A stretch of 40,646 nt of DNA from a virus. Taxonomy: Duplodnaviria > Caudoviricetes. The notes below the pieces were generated by a model. That model searched no databases. It was not told the origin of the DNA and was given only the letters and a program-made list of their open reading frames with translations. The stretch lies in the IMG/VR virus record IMGVR_UViG_3300012933_000144, positions 1 through 40,646 of that record; one strand, 5' to 3'. A program made the translations under genes and the position numbers. Of this stretch, positions 10,317 to 18,235 are shown piece by piece (the first letter of the stretch is position 1; the number at the start of each line of letters is the position of its first letter).

Positions 10317-10728
10317 GGTCCGTGTATGGGCCTTTGTCGTGGGAATCGTAACCCTGATTCTTGCTGGCATTGTGTTCTTCATGTTGTACTCAGTGACCTT
10401 TGTTGTCCAGCCGATTAAGTCAATGGCTCCTATTGACCAAGGCTACCTAAAGATGCTTAACGACATTGTTTTGCTGATTGTTGGTGGCATTGGTGGTGTG
10501 ATGACTAAACGTGCTGTCAGCGGGTCTTCCGGCTCATCTGGTGAGCCACCTAAAGGAGACACCCAACTCCCAAAGCCAAGTGACCCATCAGGTGCGATGC
10601 CTGTATGGGTCAATCCTGAGCTAGATGAGACTTGGGTTCCACCACCTCCACCATCGACTCCACCAGAGCATTTAGAAGGCGACCATGACCGAGAAGAATT
10701 GGCCCTTGCACGAGCAGGAGAACGATGA
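10273..10728 (+). CDS. Two-TM membrane protein, holin candidate
   Basis: Two hydrophobic segments and a Pro-rich tail, immediately upstream of the spanins and endolysin. Confidence 0.5.
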   Translation: MNQPNQQPLTPAEIEVRVWAFVVGIVTLILAGIVFFMLYSVTFVVQPIKSMAPIDQGYLKMLNDIVLLIVGGIGGVMTKRAVSGSSGSSGEPPKGDTQLPKPSDPSGAMPVWVNPELDETWVPPPPPSTPPEHLEGDHDREELALARAGER

Positions 10729-11189
10729 TGCGTCTTCCAAACCCTTGGATGATTCTTGGAGCTATCACTGCCGCTTCTCTTGTATATTTTTACGCCCACC
10801 ATGTAGGCTATGTGAAAAGAGATCAAGAGATGCAGTTGGAGATAGCCCGTCTGAACGGTGAGGCTCGCGAGAAAGAACAGAAACTTTCTCAAGACCTGAA
10901 CAACACTTCATCTCAATTGAAAGAAGCCAATGATGTCGTTACTAAGAAGCAAACTGATCTTGATGCTGCCATTCGTTCTGGCAGGATGCGCCTCAACACA
11001 AGTTGCGTACCAGCCTCCACAGGTTCCACCACTGCCAGCGGGGATAACTCCAAAGCAAGCGAATCTGAGCGAGAGACTCTCCTCCTTATTGCTCAACTCG
11101 CAGCAGAAGGCGACAGAGCCATCAACGAACTCAACGCCTGTATCGCAGCCTACAACCAAGTAAGGGAAACCATAAATGGTCAACGCTGA
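10725..11189 (+). CDS. Rz: i-spanin (Rz-like)
   Basis: N-terminal TM, long coiled coil, C-terminal AINELNACIAAY; carries an embedded lipoprotein gene. Confidence 0.8.
   Translation: MMRLPNPWMILGAITAASLVYFYAHHVGYVKRDQEMQLEIARLNGEAREKEQKLSQDLNNTSSQLKEANDVVTKKQTDLDAAIRSGRMRLNTSCVPASTGSTTASGDNSKASESERETLLLIAQLAAEGDRAINELNACIAAYNQVRETINGQR
10930..11163 (+). CDS. Rz1: o-spanin (Rz1-like), embedded in Rz in another frame
   Basis: Lipobox VLAG-C followed by a Pro-rich segment; fully nested in the i-spanin. Confidence 0.75.
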   Translation: MMSLLRSKLILMLPFVLAGCASTQVAYQPPQVPPLPAGITPKQANLSERLSSLLLNSQQKATEPSTNSTPVSQPTTK

Positions 11190-11772
11190 ACAACTAGCAA
11201 AGCTGCACATTGGCCCACAGTGGGTTGATGCGCTAAATGAGACTTTCAATCGTTTTGGAATCAACTCAAAGAACCAACAAGCTGCCTTCATTGGTCAGTG
11301 TGGTCATGAGTGTGGGAACTTCAAGATATTGGAAGAGAACCTGAATTACCGTGCAGCCACTTTGATGAAGCTGTGGCCTAAGCGCTTTCCAACACTAGAA
11401 GTTGCAAATCAGTATGGTGGGAATCCGAAGAAGATTGCAAACATGGTTTACTCATCTCGAATGGGAAACCGTGATGAGTCTTCTGGTGATGGGTATCGTT
11501 TCCGTGGTCGTGGCTGTATTCAGCTTACTGGTCATGCTAACTATTTCCATGCTGGAAAAGCACTAGGCTATGACTTTGTGATGGAGCCAGATCTGGTTGC
11601 CACACCTAAGTTTGCTGCACTGACTGCTGGATGGTTTTGGTCGACTCACGGCTGCAATGAACTTGCTGACCGTGGTGACTGGACCGCATTAACCAAAAAG
11701 ATCAATGGTGGAGTTATCGGTCTGGCAGACAGGATTAAGCACACCAACGAGGCTCTTGCTGTCCTTGCCTAA
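11176..11772 (+). CDS. Endolysin, glycoside hydrolase family 19 (chitinase-like)
   Basis: AAFIGQCGHEC, EENLNY, FRGRGCIQLTG, TKKING motifs. Confidence 0.92.
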   Translation: MVNAEQLAKLHIGPQWVDALNETFNRFGINSKNQQAAFIGQCGHECGNFKILEENLNYRAATLMKLWPKRFPTLEVANQYGGNPKKIANMVYSSRMGNRDESSGDGYRFRGRGCIQLTGHANYFHAGKALGYDFVMEPDLVATPKFAALTAGWFWSTHGCNELADRGDWTALTKKINGGVIGLADRIKHTNEALAVLA

Positions 11773-11889
11773 AAGATAGCCCCTGATGAAGAACTCTTTC
11801 TCCATCGGGGTGCATATCACTCCACCTGTCAGCATTTGAAGGGCGCACCTTGCTTCTTGGTGCGCCTTTTTTGCTTCGTCGTCTGTCAC
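11689..11889 (-). CDS. Hypothetical protein, last gene of the leftward operon
   Basis: 4-nt stop/start overlap with the upstream ORF; its 3' end overlaps the endolysin convergently. Confidence 0.45.
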   Translation of the reverse strand: MTDDEAKKAHQEARCALQMLTGGVICTPMEKEFFIRGYLLGKDSKSLVGVLNPVCQTDNSTIDLFG

Positions 11890-12176
11890 AACACATCAGC
11901 CTTTATTAGCTTCTTAGACACGCCGTCATAGGTTAGACGTATGTTGGCCTTGGCAATCGTAAATTCGCAGCCTGTAGCGTCTATAAAGCAGTGTAGGACC
12001 AATTCCTTTGCTGGCTCTTCATGAAGACGGTACTCCCAAGAGTTCATTACTTCAGATCCACCCCAATGACCGTCAAAATGATGCCAATCTTCTAGACCTG
12101 CAACATTGAGGTTTCTCTGTTGAATCTTTGCACCTTTGGCCCATGCAACGATTAGATCGTGATGTTTGTGTCTCAT
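11886..12176 (-). CDS. Hypothetical phage protein
   Basis: GGAG RBS; HKHHDLIVAWAKGAKIQ N-terminus of a type frequent in phage small ORFs. Confidence 0.7.
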   Translation of the reverse strand: MRHKHHDLIVAWAKGAKIQQRNLNVAGLEDWHHFDGHWGGSEVMNSWEYRLHEEPAKELVLHCFIDATGCEFTIAKANIRLTYDGVSKKLIKADVL

Positions 12177-12271
12177 TCTTTACTCCAAATTCCTGCCAGT
12201 AATAAAAGTATCAGAGCTGTGATTCCAGCCCCGCATCCAATAATCAGAACAATGTTCAAGATATTTGTCAT
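12173..12271 (-). CDS. Small hydrophobic protein (32 aa)
   Basis: MTNILNIVLIIGCGAGITALILLLLAGIWSKE; ATGA coupling at both ends. Confidence 0.55.
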   Translation of the reverse strand: MTNILNIVLIIGCGAGITALILLLLAGIWSKE

Positions 12272-12483
12272 AGATTACCTCTACGAAAAGAGACACGAAG
12301 GCTAAGAGCAGCGCCAAAGCAGACACCGAAGATAGTTGCAACAAAACGGTGATTCCAAGTCCATTCGCCTGGGTTCTGCTCCCAAGCTACAAAGCCAAAA
12401 ACAACATAAGTCAATGCCAAGCCAACAATCATTGGCCCAAACATAGATGTGGTGAAAACAATGTCTTTGAGTAGTTGTTTCAT
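12268..12483 (-). CDS. Small two-TM membrane protein
   Basis: Two hydrophobic stretches; coupled to neighbours. Confidence 0.65.
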   Translation of the reverse strand: MKQLLKDIVFTTSMFGPMIVGLALTYVVFGFVAWEQNPGEWTWNHRFVATIFGVCFGAALSLRVSFRRGNL

Positions 12484-12803
12484 TTGACAACCCTCATCAC
12501 ACGCTGGTTCTTGCCAGAGCGACCCTTGCGAACACCTGTGATCTCAATCAGACCTGCGCTGTGTAGCTTCTTGTAACGGGCTGTGATGCTGCTATACGGA
12601 AAGAATGGGAACATGTTTAACACGTCATCAGAGATGCAGCCTCGCTCTCCAAATGAAGCAATTGCCTCATAAACCATCTTCTCTAGCTTGGTTGTGTCGA
12701 CCTTCTGTGCAGCCTCATGTGAGGTGATTGGGTCGTCCTTGCGTGCCAGTTTGTGTGCTGGTGTGCCAAAAATGCCTTGAAAAATCTTCTTAATACTCAT
12801 CAT
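12480..12803 (-). CDS. Winged-helix DNA-binding protein
   Basis: ARKDDPITSHEAA...SSITARYKKLHSAGLIEITGVRKGRSGKNQRV pattern. Confidence 0.65.
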   Translation of the reverse strand: MMSIKKIFQGIFGTPAHKLARKDDPITSHEAAQKVDTTKLEKMVYEAIASFGERGCISDDVLNMFPFFPYSSITARYKKLHSAGLIEITGVRKGRSGKNQRVMRVVK

Positions 12804-13257
12804 TCACTCCTGTTAGATTAACCCCAAGTGCGGTGTACTTCTGAAATGCTTTCAGATCCATCGTACTCATCAATTTGCCACTCTATCCCGTCAGGAATAT
12901 TGACAATTTTTAATGCAGCAAATCTGCCACTTGCATTTTTGCCTCCAAGCTCTTCAACAACTTGAACAAGAACCTCGTCATCACGAGCAATTTCTCGATC
13001 ATAAAGTCTTTCTTCAGTCCATTGTTTATTCAACCGCTGTCGTTCTGACAATGGCAAACTAAGCCAGCCATCTACAACTTCTGGTGTCCTTTTTTCTTTA
13101 GGAACTGTGTAGTAATTAAGAGATCCATATTTATCTTCTTCAGCATAAACTTTGATTTTCTTTATCTCAGCATATCGAAGCATTGCTGCATGTGACAAGC
13201 CAAAACCACCAAAACAACCATTGATAACAACTTTCATCATTCACTCCTGTTAGATTA
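12797..13257. repeat. 24-bp perfect direct repeat (12797-12820, 13234-13257) flanking one gene
   Basis: TCATCATTCACTCCTGTTAGATTA occurs twice and contains the RBS plus start codon on the minus strand. Confidence 0.9.
12818..13240 (-). CDS. Conserved phage hypothetical protein
   Basis: KVVINGCFGGFGLS...RDDEVLVQVVEELG...WQIDEYDGSE; GGAG RBS. Confidence 0.75.
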   Translation of the reverse strand: MMKVVINGCFGGFGLSHAAMLRYAEIKKIKVYAEEDKYGSLNYYTVPKEKRTPEVVDGWLSLPLSERQRLNKQWTEERLYDREIARDDEVLVQVVEELGGKNASGRFAALKIVNIPDGIEWQIDEYDGSESISEVHRTWG

Positions 13258-13316
13258 GGTACTCGCTGCACTACTCATGGATGAACCCACATATCGGTAG
13301 CATCCGCTTTCCCTAA
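13255..13316 (-). ncRNA. Candidate structured intergenic RNA element
   Basis: Nested pairings TTAGG/CCTAA, TGC-TAC/GTA-GTGCA and TGGG-TTCA-TCCA, with a GAAA/AGTA internal loop. Confidence 0.4.
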
Positions 13317-13343
13317 ATTTACATTAAACTTAATACTTTTACA

Positions 13344-13610
13344 TCAAAAAGGGATATCGTCAGACATGTCAGCCATGTTTGTAGATGGCGCTGCCTTAGC
13401 TGGTGTACGAGACTCATCTTTTGGCATCAAGGCCAAACCCATGAATTTACCGTTCTTGCCTTCTTTGATCCAAGAGGACAGCCAGTACTCAACACCTGCA
13501 ACCATGATCGAACCCTTGTAGTCTGGGTGCGAATCGTTCACTTTTTTGTCGTTTTTAAACAACACGCCACTGTTATCACGAACTTCACGTTTTTCAAAAG
13601 TCATCTTCAT
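13344..13610 (-). CDS. Small single-stranded DNA-binding-like protein
   Basis: NSGVLFKND...PDYKGSI...WLSSW core with an acidic DDIPF tail; adjacent to the exonuclease and ERF genes. Confidence 0.7.
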   Translation of the reverse strand: MKMTFEKREVRDNSGVLFKNDKKVNDSHPDYKGSIMVAGVEYWLSSWIKEGKNGKFMGLALMPKDESRTPAKAAPSTNMADMSDDIPF

Positions 13611-14311
13611 TCCTTGATTGATTTCAATTTCTCCACCTTTTCGTCAACTTCCGCAAGGAACTTCACTACTTCGGCTTCGAGTTCTTTAATTAGCTCATCG
13701 TCACGCTCAACACGTTTGATGAACAGTTGAAGATTATCGGGCATTCTTGGGTCAAAGCTGACAAAGTCGTTCCACTTACGTCCAGTACATGCCATCTGCC
13801 ACTGCTGCTGGTACGTATAACGCTTATCAGCCTCACCAGACAGGAATGTATCGATGTGGGTGGCAGTGTTTGGACACTTGATCTCGATCATCCCCTCTTC
13901 ACCAACTAAGCCATCAGGAGAGGCTCCAGTCATTGGAATAGTTGGATGGTCAATCATTGCCACCTCATCAACCATAACGCCTTGTTTAAGCTCGTATGCG
14001 GCTCGTGCAAGAGGCTCTGTCTGAGTGCCCCACTCCATAGCTGCATTTGTGAATGACTCGGCTTTAACGCCCGTCAAACGCTCCACAACCAGTTGGGCCA
14101 TGTAGTTAGCACGACTGGTGCTGTAGCCAGATTTAGTCTTGGCAACGATGTCACCAATCTTTGATGCAGTTACTTTGCCCAACCTACTTTGAAACCAAGC
14201 ATCGCTGCCTTGCTCTATTTGTACCAAGTGCAATTCCTTCATTTGTTGTTCAGTCACTTCAATTAATTGACCAGGTTTTGCGTTTGCAAGAATGTCGCCA
14301 ATAGATTTCAT
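13607..14311 (-). CDS. YqaJ/lambda-exonuclease family recombination nuclease
   Basis: QGSDAWFQSRLGKVTAS, WGTQTEPLAR, GASPDGLV, IEIKCP. Confidence 0.92.
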   Translation of the reverse strand: MKSIGDILANAKPGQLIEVTEQQMKELHLVQIEQGSDAWFQSRLGKVTASKIGDIVAKTKSGYSTSRANYMAQLVVERLTGVKAESFTNAAMEWGTQTEPLARAAYELKQGVMVDEVAMIDHPTIPMTGASPDGLVGEEGMIEIKCPNTATHIDTFLSGEADKRYTYQQQWQMACTGRKWNDFVSFDPRMPDNLQLFIKRVERDDELIKELEAEVVKFLAEVDEKVEKLKSIKE

Positions 14312-14493
14312 CGAGGATACTCCTGCTCGTGACTATCAAGTGAGCAACTAAATACCAAAAAGTTTCCTTCCTTGGCTTGTTGTTCAATCCACTTGCTAAA
14401 TTCCTTGATCAAACGGTTTGATGGTAATGGTCTAAATGATGCCACTTTGACCCTAAATTGAATGTCTTCTGTTACCGCCTTGACCGAACTCAT
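14308..14493 (-). CDS. Hypothetical protein
   Basis: 61-aa ORF with ATGA coupling on both sides. Confidence 0.6.
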   Translation of the reverse strand: MSSVKAVTEDIQFRVKVASFRPLPSNRLIKEFSKWIEQQAKEGNFLVFSCSLDSHEQEYPR

Positions 14494-15044
14494 TTCAGTG
14501 CAGCCTTCTTAACGTCTTTAACGCCAATGATCTTCTTCTGCCATGCTTTGTCAGTGCCACAAGCTTTGTACGCTGCTTGGTAGGCTTTGATCAAAGATGG
14601 CTCATCAGTTGCATCATTGATGGCTGTGATGTGGTCTGCCATCATGTTCACGTCAATCGTGACGGCTGCACCTTCAGATGAATCAAGCGCATCGTGTTCA
14701 ACGATTTCAAGCGCTGCAACCCACAAATACCTACGGATGTACGTTTGCACTGCGCCAAGGTTTTGCACCTCATGACAACCCTTTAAAGCCGCCGTAGACA
14801 TAGGGCTTGCAAACACAATCACTTCGTCTGTCTTGTCGTTGTTCACAACAATCAATTCAGCAATCTCTTTGTTGAATCGAACAATGCCAGTCAGACCAAG
14901 TTTTTCAAAGATTGTCAGAGCTGGAATGATGAAGTCACCCAACTCAAAGTAGTAGTAGCCAGCAAATTTGTTGTGGCCTGTCTTTTTGATTTCCATCGAG
15001 TGGAACTCTTTACGTGCTGCATTTAGCTTTTGATACACATTCAT
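14490..15044 (-). CDS. erf: ERF-family single-strand annealing protein
   Basis: KTGHNKFAGYYYFELGD and QNLGAVQTYIRRYL motifs; GGAG RBS before ATG 15044. Confidence 0.85.
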   Translation of the reverse strand: MNVYQKLNAARKEFHSMEIKKTGHNKFAGYYYFELGDFIIPALTIFEKLGLTGIVRFNKEIAELIVVNNDKTDEVIVFASPMSTAALKGCHEVQNLGAVQTYIRRYLWVAALEIVEHDALDSSEGAAVTIDVNMMADHITAINDATDEPSLIKAYQAAYKACGTDKAWQKKIIGVKDVKKAALK

Positions 15045-15056
15045 GATTAACTCCAT

Positions 15057-15254
15057 TTATTTAACAAAAATTACCATTGACACAATAAAACCAACAAAGA
15101 AACACATCAATGCATTCACTAAGTTTTCATTGCTTGGAACATGGTGTTCCATCCACTCCCATTGCTGCCTACGTTTTTGGGCTTCTACACTTTCTTCAAA
15201 TGCATCTTCCAATGTACGTGGGAAGCAACGTGTTGTCTCGTTTAGTTTATTCAT
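15057..15254 (-). CDS. Hypothetical protein with C-terminal TM
   Basis: TTRCFPRTLEDAF motif and hydrophobic C-terminus. Confidence 0.65.
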   Translation of the reverse strand: MNKLNETTRCFPRTLEDAFEESVEAQKRRQQWEWMEHHVPSNENLVNALMCFFVGFIVSMVIFVK

Positions 15255-15489
15255 CTTGCAAGATCTCCTTGACGATCTCTAGCTGAGTGTCGTCATCTAG
15301 ATCATTGAACTCGATCCAGTGGTTCTCACTGCAGCACGACATCTTGTCATTACGGCGCTCAACGCAGTAACAGCAGTACTGTACGTGCTTCTCTTTCTCC
15401 ATGATTGCTTGAAGTAGTTCTTTCACGATTAACTCCTGTTGATTGATAAAGTCTTTAAGCGTCAACACTTCGATTCCTTTCATTGACAT
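15247..15489 (-). CDS. Cys-rich hypothetical protein, first gene of the leftward operon
   Basis: YCCYC...SCCSENHW. Confidence 0.65.
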   Translation of the reverse strand: MSMKGIEVLTLKDFINQQELIVKELLQAIMEKEKHVQYCCYCVERRNDKMSCCSENHWIEFNDLDDDTQLEIVKEILQDE

Positions 15490-15602
15490 AGAAAATGTAA
15501 ACGATAAACGAGATTTTTCAAAAATAAAATTTCCTACTGTTGTTTAAAAACAAATAGAAAAAATCAATCAACAAGCACCGTGATCTGTCGTACATTGTTT
15601 GC
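15490..15602. promoter_or_regulatory. Divergent promoter region
   Basis: AT-rich gap; minus-strand TTGAAA-16-TACATT (15521-15494); plus-strand TACATT at 15591-15596; near-palindrome TTGTTTAAAAACAA at ~15540-15553. Confidence 0.5.
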
Positions 15603-15827
15603 ATGACATACATTTTCAAGCCTCTGTGCTTTCCAGATCAAAAGACCTACCGTGAGTGGGTCAACCTAGCAAAAATCGCCAGAGAGGTAGTGAATCCTTG
15701 TGAGGACTGCACTATCTCTTATGAGCGTGAAATGCGTCAAGCTGGCCTATGTAACCGAGTCTGGGTTGTAAACAACCTAGTCATTGGAGGCCGTTCAAAA
15801 GTGTTAAATCAAGGAGTACTCGAATGA
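15603..15827 (+). CDS. Cys-containing hypothetical protein
   Basis: PLCF...PCEDCT...LC; first gene of the rightward operon. Confidence 0.65.
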   Translation: MTYIFKPLCFPDQKTYREWVNLAKIAREVVNPCEDCTISYEREMRQAGLCNRVWVVNNLVIGGRSKVLNQGVLE

Positions 15828-16210
15828 TTCTCAAAAACCACCACAAAGACTTGCTGAACCGTCTTACCTACAGTTCACGCAACCACAAGAGCTTTACTCA
15901 TGGCGATGTCAACAGCCAACTGTCAATTCACTATGACCGATACTTGCGAGAGATGGAGCAGCATGGTTTGGTCATTAGCATTGAAGCTAAAGGCGACATC
16001 ATGTGGCACATCACCAATCATGGTCGTATTGCCATTGAAGGCAAGAAGTTCAAACCAACAAAAGATCGTATCTGTGCTGGATCTATGACTGGTTCTTACA
16101 ACGGAAAAGAGCTGACTCGTACTTGTTTGCGACCAGGCGCATATGACTACATGGACTGCCCATCTTTGATCGGCGGTAAGATTGTTGCTTTCCGTGGAGC
16201 ATTGGCATGA
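15824..16210 (+). CDS. Hypothetical protein, possible winged helix
   Basis: YLREMEQHGLV...WHITNHGR; coupled to neighbours. Confidence 0.6.
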   Translation: MILKNHHKDLLNRLTYSSRNHKSFTHGDVNSQLSIHYDRYLREMEQHGLVISIEAKGDIMWHITNHGRIAIEGKKFKPTKDRICAGSMTGSYNGKELTRTCLRPGAYDYMDCPSLIGGKIVAFRGALA

Positions 16211-16368
16211 TTAAGCTGTCAACTCAAGTTGCAGCATCTTCTTTGCTACTGTTTATTGGTCTTGCTTTTGTTCTTTTAGGAGCTAACCAACGAAGCCGAT
16301 TGTTTGGTCTTGTTTGCAGCACTATTGGAATTCTTGAGGCACTTGTTTTATTTGGAGTATTTGAATGA
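16207..16368 (+). CDS. Small two-TM protein (53 aa)
   Basis: MIKLSTQVAASSLLLFIGLAFVLLG...; ATGA coupling at both ends. Confidence 0.55.
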   Translation: MIKLSTQVAASSLLLFIGLAFVLLGANQRSRLFGLVCSTIGILEALVLFGVFE

Positions 16369-16673
16369 GCAGTTACGCAGAGATCGAAATGAAGGTCATC
16401 CATTGGTCTGAAGCCCGTAAGATCATCCCAAACAGCACACCTTTTGCACAGTCAATCAAAGCTGTAGAAGAGATCAACGAGCTGGTTGATGCGTTGCGTG
16501 ATGGCAACAAGATTGAAGCCATTGATGCCGTTGGTGACACTGTTGTTTGCTTGATTAACGTCTGTGCTTTGCTGGATGTCAATCTGACTGACTGTCTTGA
16601 AGCTGCCTACCTGCAGATTAAGGACCGCCGTGGATACATGAATGATGAAGGTATTTTTGTTAAGGAGAGTTGA
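16365..16673 (+). CDS. MazG-like NTP pyrophosphohydrolase
   Basis: KAVEEINELVDAL...DAVGDTVVCL...AYLQIKDRRG. Confidence 0.85.
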   Translation: MSSYAEIEMKVIHWSEARKIIPNSTPFAQSIKAVEEINELVDALRDGNKIEAIDAVGDTVVCLINVCALLDVNLTDCLEAAYLQIKDRRGYMNDEGIFVKES

Positions 16674-16674
16674 A

Positions 16675-16824
16675 ATGGGTGAAATCATTGGTTTAATGTG
16701 TGTTGCTGCTTGGTTGACTCACATCTTTACGTGCTTTGGAACTGGTCTATGGGGTTTCTTGGTAGCTGGTGCTATCTTTTTTCCAATAGGCATCCTGCAC
16801 GGGTTCTATTTGTGGTTTAACTGA
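16675..16824 (+). CDS. Small membrane protein (49 aa)
   Basis: AGGAG RBS; hydrophobic, with GAIFFPIGILHG. Confidence 0.6.
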   Translation: MGEIIGLMCVAAWLTHIFTCFGTGLWGFLVAGAIFFPIGILHGFYLWFN

Positions 16825-16830
16825 TATAAT
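16822..16830 (+). promoter_or_regulatory. Extended -10 promoter for the replication genes
   Basis: TGATATAAT matches TGnTATAAT. Confidence 0.55.
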
Positions 16831-16839
16831 TTTTGAAAA

Positions 16840-16945
16840 GACGCTTGGCGGCGTTTCGTAGTGGGGTTACACATGGAATCTGCTGGTACTACGCCAGTCC
16901 GCCAACATCCGCAAGGGTGAGATTCCAGGTGTAGCCCTTTTTTTT
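16840..16945 (+). ncRNA. Structured leader / attenuator-like RNA
   Basis: GGGTTACAC/GTGTAGCCC and TGGAATCT/AGATTCCA stems, two inner hairpins (one with a GCAA tetraloop) and a T8 tract; TTGGCGG/CCGCCAA complementarity. Confidence 0.6.
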
Positions 16946-16954
16946 GGTCTAAAA

Positions 16955-17296
16955 ATGAGCAAATGGAAAGAGTACAAACTTTTCCCAGACAAAGATAAAT
17001 TGCCTAACAAACCTTGTGTTTATGCGGTTTATTTTGATGGTGGATTGGTTTATGTAGGTCAATCAAGCAGCCTAAGCAATAGATTTGCTGGACATGCTTT
17101 TAGGTATGGATATGCAAAAAACATTCATACGCCTTGGGTAGATATTTCAAGCTCTGTAAGGATTGAGATAAAAGCAAAATTTTCAGAGCGGTTAGGCGAT
17201 TGGGCGATGTGGGAAATTAGATTGATTAGAAGATTGAAGCCAATTTACAACACTCATCACCTAAACAAACGCAAAGAGGTTAGCTATGAAAATTAA
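16955..17296 (+). CDS. GIY-YIG nuclease
   Basis: CVYAVY...VYVGQS..L..RF..H, and EIRLIRRLKPIYN. Confidence 0.8.
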   Translation: MSKWKEYKLFPDKDKLPNKPCVYAVYFDGGLVYVGQSSSLSNRFAGHAFRYGYAKNIHTPWVDISSSVRIEIKAKFSERLGDWAMWEIRLIRRLKPIYNTHHLNKRKEVSYEN

Positions 17297-18011
17297 AAAT
17301 TGGTCAAAGTTTCAACACTTCAAAGACAGGAAGCCACCTTGGGTAAAGCTATACCGTGATGTTCTGGATGATATGGAATGGTACGAATTAGACCCACTTG
17401 CAAGCAAGGTGCTAGTCATGTGTTGGCTAATTGCTAGTGAAGATGATGGCTGCTTGCCAAACTCAAAAACTCTTGCATTTCGCTTAAGAATGACAGAAAA
17501 GCAAACTATTGACTGCTTAAACAAGCTGTCTCATTGGCTGGAACAAGATGATATCAATGCGATATCAGAGCAATATCAAACCGATAGTCTAGAGAAAGAG
17601 ACAGAGACAAAGAAAGAGACAAAGAAAGAGAAAGCACCTGACGTTGCTACGCCTATCGGCGTGTCTCCAACTATTTGGTTTGAATTTGTTGCTTTACGTA
17701 AGGCTAAGAAGGCCAAGGTTACGCAGACGGTTCTTGATGGTTTGCAGAAAGAGGCAGACAAGGCTGGATGGACGCTTGAGCAGGTATTGAAGGAAATCAT
17801 CCTGAGAAACTGGCAGTCATTCAAAGCTGACTGGGTTCAGCCAAGACAGACACCAGTGTTCAACAAGTTTGATGTAGCGAACGTCACTACACCACCACCG
17901 CCAAACCAAGACGCTGCTTTGCGGAAGATTGAGGCAGATCGCAAGAATGCCGTGCCTCCATCATTGGAGACATTGGCTAAGTTGGCTGAGTTGCGAAAGA
18001 GTGTTGTATGA
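17286..18011 (+). CDS. Phage replication initiator / replisome organiser
   Basis: MKIKNWSKFQHFKDRKPPWVKLY N-terminus, wHTH-like region, E/K/T linker, WFEFVALRKAKK...NWQSFKADW. Confidence 0.75.
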   Translation: MKIKNWSKFQHFKDRKPPWVKLYRDVLDDMEWYELDPLASKVLVMCWLIASEDDGCLPNSKTLAFRLRMTEKQTIDCLNKLSHWLEQDDINAISEQYQTDSLEKETETKKETKKEKAPDVATPIGVSPTIWFEFVALRKAKKAKVTQTVLDGLQKEADKAGWTLEQVLKEIILRNWQSFKADWVQPRQTPVFNKFDVANVTTPPPPNQDAALRKIEADRKNAVPPSLETLAKLAELRKSVV

Positions 18012-18235
18012 CAAAAGAAGATGCAATGACACTGCTGGACCATGTGAAGAATGGTTATCCAGCAACAATAACCAAGATCAACGAAGCATTACTCAAGACT
18101 GGCGACATAGATTTGTTTGTTGACAGAAAGCAACACAACAGAATTTATTCAGGCCAAGAGTTAAAAATTGATCAACAAGCGGTAGGATGTTTATCCCATG
18201 CAATCAAGTACTGGGCAGCAGACAGAAAGGCGTAA
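18008..18235 (+). CDS. Hypothetical protein
   Basis: ATGA coupling; INEALLKTGDI. Confidence 0.6.
   Translation: MTKEDAMTLLDHVKNGYPATITKINEALLKTGDIDLFVDRKQHNRIYSGQELKIDQQAVGCLSHAIKYWAADRKA

Noticed and set aside
15537-15555. LexA (SOS) box in the divergent promoter
   Set aside because: CTGTTGTTTAAAAACA does not complete CTGT-N8-ACAG; only a weak AT-rich palindrome remains.
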